From NCBI RefSeq assembly GCF_004010195.1, contig NC_057741.1, positions 17,835,899 to 17,899,898 on the forward strand: 64,000 nucleotides of DNA, written 5' to 3'. The notes under the pieces were generated by a model that searched no databases, was not told the DNA's origin, and saw only the letters and a program-made list of their open reading frames with translations. Each line of letters starts with the position of its first letter. The first letter of the stretch is position 1. The stretch comes from Chiloscyllium plagiosum (taxonomy: Eukaryota). This document shows, one piece after another, positions 25,948 to 39,196 of the stretch. The position numbers were made by a program, and so were the translations under genes.

Positions 25948-28389
25948 ATCCCAGTAGCATGAGCCAACTGAAAGATACAGCAAAAACTCTGGACTGATGA
26001 TGTAGGTATAACTTCTGTGTTTCATATCTTTACATTCACTAAGATATCTAGCAAATAGAAGGATACAGTTCCAGAATATTTGTATATGGGTTGGGTGTTT
26101 AATCGAAAAAGAGTAAAAATCCATAGGATTATTAAACACCTTATAGTTCAGTTTGTGTGGTATGTCAATTTTGCTTGAGCTGTGAGGAATTATTGCATAG
26201 CAATGTTCCTCATTTTTGGCAAAAGATTTTAAGAGTCCGTATTTGGAGATTGGGTGAGGCCAAGCATGGACTCGGCCCTTAGGTCTACCTGATCAACATA
26301 TAGAGAGACACGATTTGGCTTTGGACTCAAAGCAACACATGCATTTCCAGCAAGCATTACAGAACAACAAATCAGGCAATTGAATTACTATTGATTCTTC
26401 CCTCAGATGCCAGTACTAAGGCCGACTACAGCATTCACGTGTGCACGCTACCTCTGATTAGTTAGGTCTATACAGACCGGGTAACCAATTTAGGAAAGTC
26501 TGGGCTATAGCGAAGCGGACACTTCAGCAGTATTAGGAGAGAACGTAATTCAATTACCTTTTAACCAAGAATGATGCATAATGCATGCCAATAAAAAGGA
26601 CAGGTAGAGCATACATCAGACCACAGAGGCACTCTTAAGTACTTGCATGTGTGACATAGGGCATTTATCTGCTTTAATGAGCATGATCCATTCCTATGAT
26701 CATCATTTACTTAAATCTGCACGGTTTTTCTTACTGGTATTGTCTGTTTTATATGTGTCTCATGCTTTTAACTGGAAAATTTCAGGCTTAATACGTGTCT
26801 GATTTGGAGATCTTTGCCCCATATACAGCAAAGCTAGAGGCCTGCTTTTTTCAAAGAAAATAATGGTGTATGGAATAATTTGGACAGAAACTTCCAATCC
26901 ATTCACAAATGCGGTTGCACATAGAAATTAAGCAGTTTTGATCCACCTTGTTCTGGTCCTCCACAGAGTCTACCTTACTGGAGACTGCACTGAAATCTAC
27001 ATAAAGTCATTAAGTTGGGATACTTGCCTTTTAATTACATGCTCAACACATCATCTTGACTTCTCAATTTCTTTTTCACTTTCTGAACATGATTTCAGCC
27101 TAACTCACATCTGACTGAGGGAATTTTCCTGTTCTTTTGAAAGTGTGCAGAGAATTAGTGACCAACAAAAATCTGAAGAGAATTCGTCAATCTCCTTTGC
27201 AAATGTGGTCTTGCCTTTGATTGCTTTCCATGGAAATGGACTGACTGCAATGTCAGGAACCTATCCAGCAATGGAGAGAATGCAACTGAAGCCTTATCAC
27301 CAGATAATCTAGTGTTTTCAAAGACAAACAGGACCCTTGAAGCTTCCATCTACCAGCAGCTTACAATAGGTAAGAGTACAGTGGAATTTCCCAGTGCTCT
27401 GACAGTTACAGCTGATCCAATCTTTACATGGTGAAAACAAGACTTGGATCATTGTGGGCACTGGCCTGACATTGTAATATTCTCTCATTGTGTCTACTGT
27501 CCAGGAGAGAACTTAGGTTAAACAGAAGTCTTCAGATGGCATCAGTTCCATATTTCTTTTATCATTGAATTAATCATTAAAATTAATGGTCATGGTCTAC
27601 TTGCTCCCTATTCAGCAACACTCACCACTGCCACAATGAACATTGCCAGCCACCTTAACTTTTAGCTGGTGATTCCTGCCTCTTCAGCCAGATTAGAATA
27701 GTGATCCTGGAGGCAGGTTGTTAATTAGGTGTTTCTTATCAGGTCATGCCTAGAGACCCTCTGCTGCTACAAATGGGATTGATGCCTAAACGTTTAGCAA
27801 ATCTTCTCTACTTTTAAAAAAGTGAGGATTCTTTAATCAATTTGAAGTTTTGCTGTTACCAACCATGTATAGGTCATTGAATCAGACACTGAACAACAGG
27901 TCTCTTCTCAAAAGCCTGAAAACATCTGTGGGCAGCTTTCAGTGAAGTCTGTACCATAAATTCGTTAACACAGCTGTTGGTCCCTTTCTTAAGCTTTGTT
28001 TAAAATTAAGATGTTAATAAACCATAAAATTATGAATCACAATTTGAACAAATTAAGTTAAATCTTCATGATATTCATGGATTCCCATCACAATGTTTAG
28101 AAAAGATGCATGTAGATTTCCAAATATGCACTTTATCCATTTTTATTATTTGTTAATGAGTTACAGACACAACTTATTGGACCTACATTCATCGCACCTC
28201 TAAATATCCAGAGTGTTAAAATTCAACCACGTAGCCGTAGCTCTGGAGTCACATGTAAGCGAGACCTGATAAGAGTGGCAGATTTCCCATCCATTGTCTA
28301 AGATCTTTCTGCCAAAGTACAATGATGATCTGTTCAGTTATCAGAACCTCACTTGGCCTCAAAATGTATGTAAAAAGTGTCTAGATTGA

Positions 28390-28536
28390 GTAGGAAATGC
28401 CTTTGGTTTTGCAATTGCAGAGAATGTCAAATTCCATTTTGTTTTTTCTTATATGCAAAGACTGTAACAGAACTGCTATGGTACCTGTGTATATACATAA
28501 TTTTTATGAATAAAGTATATTTCTGCAATAAAAAAG
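28390..28536 (+). mobile_element. L1/Tx1 3' tip
   Basis: TTTATGAATAAAGTATATTT...AAAAAA, the reverse complement of the ends at 23.7 and 24.0 kb. Confidence 0.65.
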
Positions 28537-28919
28537 GACATAAGTGAACTAGATGGGTTTTTAATAGCAATCAACAGTAGCTACAAGTTTGCTATTAGCC
28601 TAGCTTTTATTGAAATTTCACCACCTGTCTTGTAGGATTCAACCCCACGTCCTCAGGACATTAGACCAGAGTTCTTGATTACTAGTCCTGTGAAATTACC
28701 ATTTACTCCATGACCTTCCTTTATGCAAACATTTTTTGGGGGATCTGAGAATATGCCTCCTCAAAAACAAAAAACATTGATCTCTTTACATGGCGCAGTC
28801 TGATTTATTTTAAATACTTTCTTTTTCTTATTTTGTTTTAATTCAACAACGTAATGGAAGTGAAACAACACTCGTATCCTTTTTCTTAAGCAGACCCTCC
28901 ATTTGAACGTGACTATCTT

Positions 28920-29361
28920 ACGCTGAAAGATTGGAGCGACTGGGCTCATATACGCTTGAGTTTAGAAGGCTGAGAGGGGATCTGATTGAGACGTATACAA
29001 TTATTAAAGGATTGGACACTCTGGAGGCAGGAAGCATGTTTCCGCTGATGGATGAGTCCCAAACCAGAGGACACAGTTTAAAAATAAGGGGTAGGCCACT
29101 TAGAACAGAGTTGAGGAGAAACTTCTTCACCCAGAGAGTGGTGGGTGTATGGAATGCTCTTCCCCAGAAGGCTGTGGAGGCCAAGTCTCCGGATACTTTC
29201 AAGAAAGAGTTGGATAGAGCTCTTAAGGATAGTGGAATCAAGGGTTATGGGGATAAGGCAGGAACAGGATACTGATTGAGGATGATCAGCCATGATCATA
29301 ATGAATGGTGATGCTGGCTCGAAGGGCAGAACGGCCTATTCCTGCACCTATTGTCTATTGT
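28920..29361 (+). mobile_element. Young CR1 3' end
   Basis: Open LEFRRLRGDLIETY...WNALPQKAVEA; same subfamily as the 25.5 kb copy. Confidence 0.92.
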
Positions 29362-30300
29362 TACAACCAGTTCAGTGAGTTCTAAGTTGGCTGACAAATC
29401 TGCTATGTGAACTGCACACTCTTTCACGTGAGGTAGGTGGTACTTTAAGGATCAAGTAGTTAAATTGTTTGGAGGTTTGCGTGTTCTCTCCAATGCCTAC
29501 AGTCCATCTCTGCATGAAATCCTGCAATGTTTGCTGCTTTCTTAAATGAACTACTCTTTCAGTCAGTTACAAGTCAGAGACTCACATGTTTGACTTCTTC
29601 AGAGATGGTTTGTGACATTGCTAAAGCATTTCCCCCATCCTCCTGTGAATCTCCTGCCACGATTGAACTCTTGGGTAAAGGAGTTGTTTTTGGAGTCTTG
29701 TGTCAGGAGTATGTAGATGTTCTGCTGTTGGACCTTTTTTTTGTCACCACATTTGGAGAATCCTATTAAGGCACCACTGGTAATGTTTTTCCTGCGGTTT
29801 GAGATATACGCATATGAAAAAACACCAAATGCATCAACAATTACCCTATAGTTTTCTAAACCTCACTCTCCCCTCTTTATACCCTCTTGGTAGTTGTCTG
29901 CATGACTCATCTCATGCTTGTGGCCTCACAATACAACTTTCTTTATTCTCCCTCCACCATTACACCAACAGTATTGTACTTTTCAGGGTCCACTAGGTGG
30001 CATCACAGACTGCAATGAACATGGAGTGAATCCTGTGTGAAGTTGACAAGAGCCTGAATCTCCAATTCAGCACCACCATCACAGTTGCTTTTTTTTTGCC
30101 AAGTCCAAAATTGGGCATTAAGAATAGCATTTAGTACATAATTAACTCAAATCTATTTTGTCTAATTTTCTCAGATTCTGAAAGTCCTTTCCTGACAGAA
30201 CTGTGCATGTACTTACATCCCAAGGACTGCAGTGGTTCAAGAAAAAGGCTCACCACCATCTTCTCGAGGATAATTTGGAATGGGCAATAAATGCTGGCTA

Positions 30301-31029
30301 GGAGAAAGTGAGGACTGCAGATCAGAGTTGAGAGTGTGGTACTGGAAAAGCACAGCAGGTCAGGCATCATCCAAGAAGCTGGAGAATCGACATTTCAGGC
30401 AAGAGCCCCTCCTCAGGAATGAGGCTCGTNNNNNGAGGGCAATGCTGAGTTGGAAGGTTAGAACTGGGATAAGGTGGGGGGAAGAGAAATGAGGAAACTG
30501 GTGGTCCACATTGATGCCCTGGGGTTGGAGGGTCCCAAGACGAAAGTTTAGACATTCCTCCTCCAGGCATCAGGTGGTTAGGGTGTGACAATGGAGGAGG
30601 CCCAGGACCTGCATATACTTGGCAGAGTGGGAGGGGGAGTTGAAATGTTCAGCCATGGGGTTGGTTGGTGTGGGTGTCCCAGAGACGCTCTCTGAAGTGC
30701 TCTGCAAGCAGGCATCCTGTCTCCCCAATGTACAGAAGACTATGTAGGGAGCAACAGATACGGTAAATGATGTGTGGAGGTGCAGATAAAACTCTGATGG
30801 ATGTGGAAGGCTCCTTTGGGGCTTGTATGGTGGTGGGGTGAGGAGATGTAGGCACAGGTTTTGCAATTCCTGCAATGGCAGAGGAAGGTGGGTTGGTGGG
30901 GCACATGGACATGACAAAAGTTGCGGAGGGAATGATCTTTATGGAAAGCAGATGGGGGGAGAAGGGAAATATATCTCTGGTGGTGGGGTCTGTTTGTAGT
31001 GGCGGAAATGGCGGAGGATGATGCGCTGT
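30301..31029 (-). mobile_element. Penelope-like element 3' fragment, family A
   Basis: IIYRICCSLHSLLYIGETG GIY-YIG motif and CHCRNCKTC linker. Tail with CTGAGGAGGGGCTCTTGCCTGAAATGTC. Confidence 0.88.
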
Positions 31030-31590
31030 CCCTTAGGTACCTTTTATATTTTTCCCCTCTCATCCTAACCTATGCCCTCGAGTTCTGGACTCTCCAATTC
31101 CAGGGAAAAAAACCTTGTCTAATACTCCTATCCATGCCCCTCATGATTTTATAAACCTCTATAAGGTCATCTCTCAGCCTCCAAAACTCCAGGGAAACAT
31201 CCCAGCCTATTCAGCCTCTCCCTCTAGCTCAACTTCTCCAACCCTGGCAACATCCTTGTAAATCTTTTCTGAACTATTTCAAGTTTCACAACATTCTTCT
31301 GATAGGAAGGAGACCAGAATTGCACGTGATATTCCAAAAGTGGCCTAACCATCGCCCTGTACAGCAGCAACATGACCTCTCAACTCCTGTATTCAATGCT
31401 CTGACCATTAAAGGAAAAACTTCCAAACGCCTTCTTCACTACCTGCGACTCTACTTTGAAGGAGCTATGAACCTACACTCCAAGGTCTCTTCGTTCAGCA
31501 CCACTCCCTAGGACCTTACCATTCAGTGTATAAGTCCTGCTAAGATTTGCTTTCCCAAAATGCAACATCTCACATTTATCTAAATTAATG
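31030..31590 (-). mobile_element. CR1 RT C-terminal fragment
   Basis: Reverse complement of the CR1 segment seen at 56.8-57.2 kb. Confidence 0.85.
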
Positions 31591-34138
31591 TCGTCTTAAC
31601 TTAAAAGTTGCCACTTTTCTACCAAAGATAGATGCACATTATTAAGTCAGTCACTATAGATTCCTAAAATCATCTGCCTAAAAGTCATCAGGTATATTCC
31701 AAACTTTCATAACCGCAAAATAACCACCCAGGATAAAACATAGTCAGGAAAACTACTAAAGATAGGAGAGATCAGCATCAAATATATGCATGCCCATACA
31801 TTATAAATACATACATAAATGCTGATATATATTTGGCTACAAGCCCAGATTTTGTGGTCAGAACGGATGGCGTAGGCAGCAAATTACACTTTTCACATTC
31901 TCATGCCACGATATTTGCAGTAATTAGAGAACATTGCAATCCCTTCACTTGCAATGTAACATTCAAATAAGGATGCAATTGTAAGGTAGAAATGCCAAAC
32001 AGACTGAAGATTCCCTACTGAGTCTAAACCAGGAAGAGTATAATAGATTATTCAAAGTACTGTAGGGAAAGAAAAATAGCATTAATAGAGAGTGATAAGA
32101 CACAAAGAAAAACTAAAATAAAACTTCAATGACGAAAATCTGAAAATGGGTGAGATGCTCTGGTCCACAAGGGTCCTGACCTTCAAGATTCTAAAATTAA
32201 TTTGCGTGGATTTATGGTGAGCATGCAGAGACGGGTTGGGATAGAAGATACCTGCACATAGATTCTTTTAACATGGGGTGATCATTGTACACCATGGCAG
32301 AGTGAGGTTTGGATCCAATGACAAGGTAAGTCCAAGATGACTTGTTCTGTTGTAGGATGGCGGGGAGGACTAGTAAACACTCATCTTCCAGTAATTACCA
32401 ATTGTTACCATGATTGAGTAGGAGGTGAAGTTTGTGGTGGTGACAACCAACAGTGTATGGATGTTGGAGGCATATCCTGGGCCAGAGGCTGAGCCTGGTC
32501 CTGGGTTGCTCGCCAGCCCAACCTCCTGAAGCGACAGGTTAAGGATGAAGTCAAGATGGCACAGAGAGCTGGGAGAGGCCAGCCAGTGGAAATCCTTGCA
32601 GCTATATCCTGAAGATTTGCCTCAAGCCAACCTTCCCTTACCTGACCTGACTGTGCAGTGTCCTGGCAGTATGACCCGACCCTAACACATCCTGAAACAA
32701 TTGGATTGCGATGGGGGCCATTAACCTGGACCTGTTCCTGAGAAAAGCCCATATAGTTGTAAACATGGAACCTTCAGGTTTTTAATTCGGTCTTTTCTGC
32801 CTACACTAGGTATTAAACTCTACCCGCTCTCCTGTCGGTTTCTCTATACTCCACACAACCATCATTTACATGAATGTGAATTGCAAGTCTGTCACTGAGA
32901 TAACAATGTATAGCAGCTTGCAAAGGTGCAGCAAAAATTGGACAGCAAATTCTGGGCAATGATATTTGGTCAGCAGTGAAGAAAGGATGATCACCACTGT
33001 CCTTGAAAACTGCCTGCAAAGATCCAACAAGCGCTTGATAACGTGTATTGCCCCTTTCTAGATGGAAGTTAAAATATGGTGCAAACTCTGGTGTTTCAAG
33101 CAGAGCAAGCAGCCTATCACATTGAAGCAAATGAGGGATGTTGGAAACACTAATTACCATTCTCCATAAATTCAAACTTAAAGTATTAAAATAAATTTAT
33201 CTTAAAAGTAAGATGAAACTAAAATATCAAACTTTCAAACAAATGGGAACGTTCTTAGTGAGGGAGAAATTTTACAAAATTAAAATTCACTTTGTGGCAG
33301 GGGTGCTGTTTAATTAGGAATGTTATACACCATTAAAACCCAGTTATGTCTTATTTAATAAAGTGTAACCTTTTCCAAACAGGTTTCATTGAAACTAATA
33401 ATGTTAAAGTTTCTGTTAATGCATTGATTTCCCATTGACTGTGATTCAACAATGTACCTTCATGTGTACAGGAAGATCCTCTGTACCTGCTGTTCTGATC
33501 AGGAGGTGTTCCCTTGACATCACCTGTGCTTTTTCTCCCCCTAAATGGTTGCTCAATGGAGCTTTGTTGCCCTAATGGATAGTCTGTCAGATTGCAGTGA
33601 TCAACTAATTAGGAATTTCATGCATGCACCAACATGAAGACAGTTTGTACGTGCTTTGGCATGTAAGTCGTGTAAGAATTACTGTTTGGATAAAAAAGAT
33701 ATGGTCTCTTACTAATCTGTAGGAAAATTGTTCTGTTGGAGGGGAAAAGAATCTATGAAATATGCAAATTTGTTTTGGGAAGAAATTTCTGAAGTGACTC
33801 TGAATCTGAACTGTTGGTGAAATATTCAGGAAGGGGTCATGTTATTAGTGGTGATTTTTGTAGGCATTGGACTTAAAGTTTTGGGTTGTGCAGGGGCAAC
33901 TTATATGAGATACTGAGGTCAATTTAATCCAAAATATATGAAATAGTTAGAGTAATGACATCTGTAATAGTTTAGTAGAGATGCTGGGATTTGCAAATTC
34001 CTGGAAGGCATGGTAACTTAAAAGGCCTCATCTGCAGATACCAACAGGAATGTACTTTAAGATGTACATATGCTGTTGTACATCTGAATCTGATGGTAGC
34101 CCTAAGGTGGCATATGCACTAACCACCTGAGAAGATTG

Positions 34139-34765
34139 TGTGACGATGTTGCTCCTTTAACAAGGTTCTGTTGTCCTTGTTTTTTTTCAGAGAGTTAATA
34201 AAAGCAGTGATTCCGAAAAGTCTGGCTTGGATGAGTTTTAGGGCCAATTTGATTACAGCTAACAGATACTCCCTCAGGCAAAAGGCTTTCATGATTTAAA
34301 AAAAAACACTTGTACAATGAAAGGGGACTGGCCAGTTCTCTCTGCTCAGCTATTCTCAGGTTTGATTTGTTTTTGGCAGTCAGTCAGTTGTGAAGCTGCT
34401 GGACCCAAGAGAAGCAGGTCCATGCTGACCCACCTTCTCCCTGACTTCTCTCCTTGAAACCCTGCATTTGATTTTGCCTTTTGTGCCAAGAGGTGTTTAT
34501 GTGCATTGTTGCAAGTATTGGGAACAGCGTCACTAAGTTGGGATAGTCTGTTGCGTTTCGGATAATTTAAGATATTTTGTATTCTGTTCTATTTTATTTG
34601 TGTTTCATCTGGTAATCCTATAAATAAATCCTGTTTTGTTTAAAACTAAATGGTTTGACCAGCTGCATCCTTCCTCACATTACACCTGCTTAAAACAACT
34701 AACAAAGTTAGGTTCTGGGCTACTTTCTCGAAATGTTTTGAGGGGATCTGTTCTGGTTCATAACA
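34139..34765 (+). mobile_element. Solo LTR (same family as 2027-2703)
   Basis: TGTGACGATG...CATAACA termini; AATAAA at about 34623. Confidence 0.75.
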
Positions 34766-37322
34766 AATAAACATAGCTTTATGGTCCCAATGAAAATTTC
34801 CCCAATATTTAATTTGTACTGGATGTTTTGGTTCTGTTAAGTACTACCAACATGAATATTTACTCAAATAATTCACTGGAAAGTCCTGGCATAGATTGGT
34901 CATTAATAACAGAGCTCACACCACTTCCATTTATCAAATGTCCCCATCCCTAATTACCATTCCAACCTGACTACCCACTCTTGCCTCCCCCACCCCAAAC
35001 TTACACACTTGCATCCTTAAATTTCTCACTTGTTTTTGTGGCATATATCATTGAATAGTACACACAGTTGCTGTGGGAAAGGGAAAAGGGATGTGACCTC
35101 ACCTCTTCTGCACTCCACATTCTTCTGTCCTGGCACCTAAATTCTGTGATCCCTGCTGCACCCAGGATGGATTACAACTGCAGTTACCAAAAAAAGTTTG
35201 TAATTCATAATTGTCTTTTCTTGCTGTCAGCAAGAATCACATAAGCATGGTTGCTGACTGGAAGATTTGCTCCATTAAATTTCAATTTTAAATTTTTGGA
35301 ATGTTTTTCAAACTTATTGTAATTTTTCAATGTTGTAAAATTAGAATTTTTAAATTGACTTTTACTATATTATTCAAAAATGCTTCATGCATACATGCGC
35401 ATAACTAATACTAATGGGAACTTTGGTGAGCATGAAGTATTATAGTATCCATAGTGTTATATAACAAAGATACTTTGCACAACTAAGAATTATTCATAGA
35501 AAACTTGAACGTAACTTTGTGAAATATCTTTGATATCATAAAATCACTTACATTCTGCATCATGATCTTTCTGCTCCAACATGCATTACATTTCTGTAAT
35601 TTTTTTCATTCTAATTTGAGCAATTTATTTTTGACAAACTTCTACTTCACACCTAACAGCATTTTTCCAGTAGGATGAATGATGTTTCCCCAAATTCTCT
35701 TTGACTGACACACATTGACTCAAGTTATGTGAAGCTTTTGTTGGGCACTTCTTTGGAAGCAAGTTCATATGTGCATTTTCTTTTTATCTGACATGGTTCC
35801 ACAGCTCTTCCTCAGTACCTTCCTTCTTGTTTGGAGGTAGCATCTCCAAATTTACCTGTTCCCTTGTTCACTGACATTGGTTGGTCCTTGATTTGTGTAC
35901 TTTTTTTATAATTATAACAATCTATGCATGCTTCTGAAACCTAAGGAAGCAGCAGCCATTATACTTCTTAACTGTTATCAGTACAGGCAATTACAGAATC
36001 AATAGTTAGTTTCTGACTTCACAATATGAATACTTGAATTGATAGCGTGAGTTCTTTCATTCATTCAAGACAGTATCACTTCTGTTATATCTGCTTCGAT
36101 ATGAAAGTTTCATTCTGTACACAGTCACAACATGTCATTATTTCAATTTTCATAGTTTCCTCCATATATAGTGCATGCACATATAACTCGACAGGTATTT
36201 CTTTGCCATATTGTGCTTTACTGGAACTTGCAGGCAGGAGGAAAAACAAATCTTCCAGTCCATTTTTTTATTTTCAGTAGCCAGTGGAGAAGATTTAGAG
36301 ACATTCTCTCAACACTGATAGGCAGAAAATTGAAACAGCAAATGTTATGCTTCATTAATTCAAAGTAATGCTTATAAAACTGAGCTGCTGAACCAAACAT
36401 AACCCGCACATTTCAAGTTTCATGTCCACTTGATACTACTTGTCAGCAGCAATATGGTTTTTACCTCAATTAAGCCAGAGTCCAATAGTGTCAAAATCTC
36501 TGCAATTATCCCACATGCTCCAGAAGTTATTTCCACGACATGGTTACTTCTGTTGTCCCTTTGACAAAATTTACGATCCTTCTTTCATAGCCCCCCATCT
36601 TCCTCATCAGACCCAGTCCCTAAGATTACATTGCAGCCTCAGCACATCTGTTTCTGTTACTTCCATGCAATGGCAAGTCTTGCCTGTAACAGACAGCTCA
36701 GAGTTGTCTCCCATCGAAAAACCATACCATGTATTTGAGGTAGCTGGAACAATCTTTGGTTGTGGATCCCTTGTCAATTATATTTCCACTGAAGATCCTC
36801 ACTACTGAGCATACACCAAATCTTTGATCAAACCTAACAATGACAGTGATAGAACAATACAGCACAGAACAGGCCCTTCGGCCCACGATGTTGTGCCGAA
36901 CATTTGTCCTAGCTTAGATGTTTCACAAATATTGCTCTTTCCTCCAAACAGCATGAAGTAAGAACTTTGTGTTGAGAAAAAGAATTACTCCAATGGTAAA
37001 AGTAGATCCATAAAATTTTCAAAGCATAATTCCTTCAGAAAATAAACAGAATCTTCTCCCTTCCAGCACTGAATAGGAACTGAGTTCACAATGTGAGGGA
37101 GAAGAGCCAATTGAAGATTTGCGAAACGTCAATTAACTGATTTTGTTTAACATAACAAAAAAGACCATGCACAAACAGTCAAACATTACAAATTTTGGTA
37201 TGCATTAACCACAGTTATATTTAACTTAATATTTAATTTATAAGGGTTATTGAGAAACTCTTATTAAAACAGTCCTGGATGTGATTAGCAGCAGCAGTAA
37301 CAGTGGAGTTCATGTCCTGCAA

Positions 37323-38081
37323 TTACTTGTGAAGTCTCTGATGTTTCTGCAGGTGTGATGACTGAATGAATCCCTTCCCACAGGCTAAACAAGTGAATGG
37401 CCTCTCCCCACTGTGAACTCGCTGATGTATCAGTAGGTGGGATGAAGTAATGCATCCCTTTCCACACTCAGAGCAGATAAATGTCTTCTCCCCAGTGTGA
37501 ACCTGCTGGTGTGTCAGCAAGGTGGATGAACGAGTGAATCCCTTCCCACAGACTGAGCAAGTGAATGGCCTCTCCCCAGTGTGAGTGCGCTGATGGGCCA
37601 GAAGTTGCTTTATACTTTTAAAGCACTTCTGACATTCAGAGCAATGAAAAGGTCTCTCCTCTGTGTGAACTTGCTGGTGTGTCAGAAGCTCAGATGACTG
37701 AATGAAGCCTTTGCCACATGCTGAGCAGGTGAAAGGCTTCTCTCCAGTGTGAATTCGCCGGTGTCTCTGAAAGTTGGCTGACTGGGTGAATCCCTTTCCA
37801 CATACAGAACAGGTATATGGAGTTTTACCAGTATGAACTCGCTGGTGTCTCCGAAGGCTGGCTGATTGAGTAAAACCTTTCCCACAGTCGCAACAGGTAA
37901 ATGGTCTCTCTCCAGTGTGAATTCGTTGGTGTGTCAAAAGGCTGGATCTCTGTGTAAATTCTTCCCCACAAGCCAAGCAGCTGAATGGTCTCTCCCCAGT
38001 GTGACTGCGTCGATGATTTTCTATCTGGGATGGGTAACTGAATCTCTTCCCACAATATTCACATTTCCATGGTTTCTCCAT
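37323..38081 (-). CDS. C2H2 zinc-finger protein with 9 tandem Kruppel-type fingers and no effector domain visible (252 aa)
   Basis: Open frame [14 protein letters not shown]...HQRLHK with nine CxxC-12-HxxxH units and TGE(K/R)P-type linkers. The track's upstream start is a GTG; the first in-frame ATG is 38081. Splice acceptor CTCCTTTTACAG at 38277-38266. Confidence 0.92.
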   Translation of the reverse strand: MEKPWKCEYCGKRFSYPSQIENHRRSHTGERPFSCLACGEEFTQRSSLLTHQRIHTGERPFTCCDCGKGFTQSASLRRHQRVHTGKTPYTCSVCGKGFTQSANFQRHRRIHTGEKPFTCSACGKGFIQSSELLTHQQVHTEERPFHCSECQKCFKSIKQLLAHQRTHTGERPFTCSVCGKGFTRSSTLLTHQQVHTGEKTFICSECGKGCITSSHLLIHQRVHSGERPFTCLACGKGFIQSSHLQKHQRLHK

Positions 38082-39005
38082 ATTGGGGTTGCGTTGTCCT
38101 TCTCCAAGACTTATAATCAGTTGAAGACTGACCCACACATATTACACATGTATTCCTTTCTGCTATGATTGGCATGATGCTTTTTCAGATTGCATGGTTA
38201 GTTGAAATACTTCTTTCACATTCAAAGGCTGATGGCATTCAGGTTCTGAAGAATCGCGTAACGCCCTGTAAAAGGAGTTTACAAAAACTATCATTTTCAG
38301 TCTAAGGACCGAAATTTATGAGATTCTCTTCTCCTGCTTCCTGGTACATGATGGCTGTGCAATTGCCCTGTGGCGCACTGCCGACAGATGTTACAATGTG
38401 CTTTGCTGCATACTGATCTCTGTAAAAATGACAACCACTCTATTTTTGTTCCTTTTTACATTTTGATTCCTGGCATTTGTATAACTCAACTTTCCCTTAT
38501 TATGTTTCTGAAAGACATACTAAGTAAGTTTAAATGCCCAAAATATGAAGAAGCAATGTAAAAAAAGATAGACTTTATCACATTTCCATTTTTAAAAACA
38601 AAAGAAGTGTAAAATGGTTAATGCCAATATTTGTGGTAAAACATCCGGTACTTGATATTGTATTTATTTTAAAAATAAGTTTCAATGGGAGACCTTTTCA
38701 GTGCAATGATTGGGTTGTTATTTCAAGTCACTTCCTGTAAATAATAAACATTTGCTGATTGGCTGTTGTGGCATGGAATGTTTTTAATATAACATAAAAT
38801 CGAGGAGTGGCATCAAGCACAAAGGGGATCATGAGAGAAATTCTACCTTTGCAGGCAATGTATAAATTAACTTCATCGATGTTTAATATTATAAGTGTTC
38901 TGTTTAAAGTTTCTATTAAAATTATATGAATTATTGTATATCTACACATGTATGTGCAAAGGATCCTTGTTCAGTGATTGAGCAGATGTTGGCCCACAGG
39001 GAAGA

Positions 39006-39196
39006 CAGAGTTGAAAAATGTGGTGCTGGAAAAACACAGCAGGCCAGGCAGCATCCGAGGAGCAGGAGAATCGACGTTTCGGGCACAGCCCAAAATGTCG
39101 ATTCTCCTGCTCCTCGGATGCTGCCTGGCCTGCTGTGTTTTTCCAGCACCACATTTTTCAACTCTGGTACTCCAGCATCAGCAGTCCTCACTTTCT
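39006..39196. mobile_element. Fold-back PLE family A tail insertion (79-bp arms) with a 15-bp TSD
   Basis: 39006-39084 pairs with 39088-39166 with 2 mismatches. CCACAGGGAAGACAG occurs at 38994-39008 and 39197-39211. Confidence 0.92.

Noticed and set aside
32813-33175. 120-aa minus-strand ORF
   Set aside because: Non-ATG start, no recognisable domain and no convincing splice context; probably a chance ORF in old repeat DNA.
36440-36808. 122-aa plus-strand ORF near the ZNF 3' end
   Set aside because: Non-ATG start and no motif; I could not assign a protein.
38082-38138. 19-aa N-terminal extension of the ZNF ORF
   Set aside because: Begins at a GTG; the first in-frame ATG is 38081.
39006-39166. 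Palindrome as a pre-miRNA or DNA-transposon MITE
   Set aside because: The arms are PLE tail sequence, asymmetric at the ends and flanked by a 15-bp TSD; retro-insertion explains it better.
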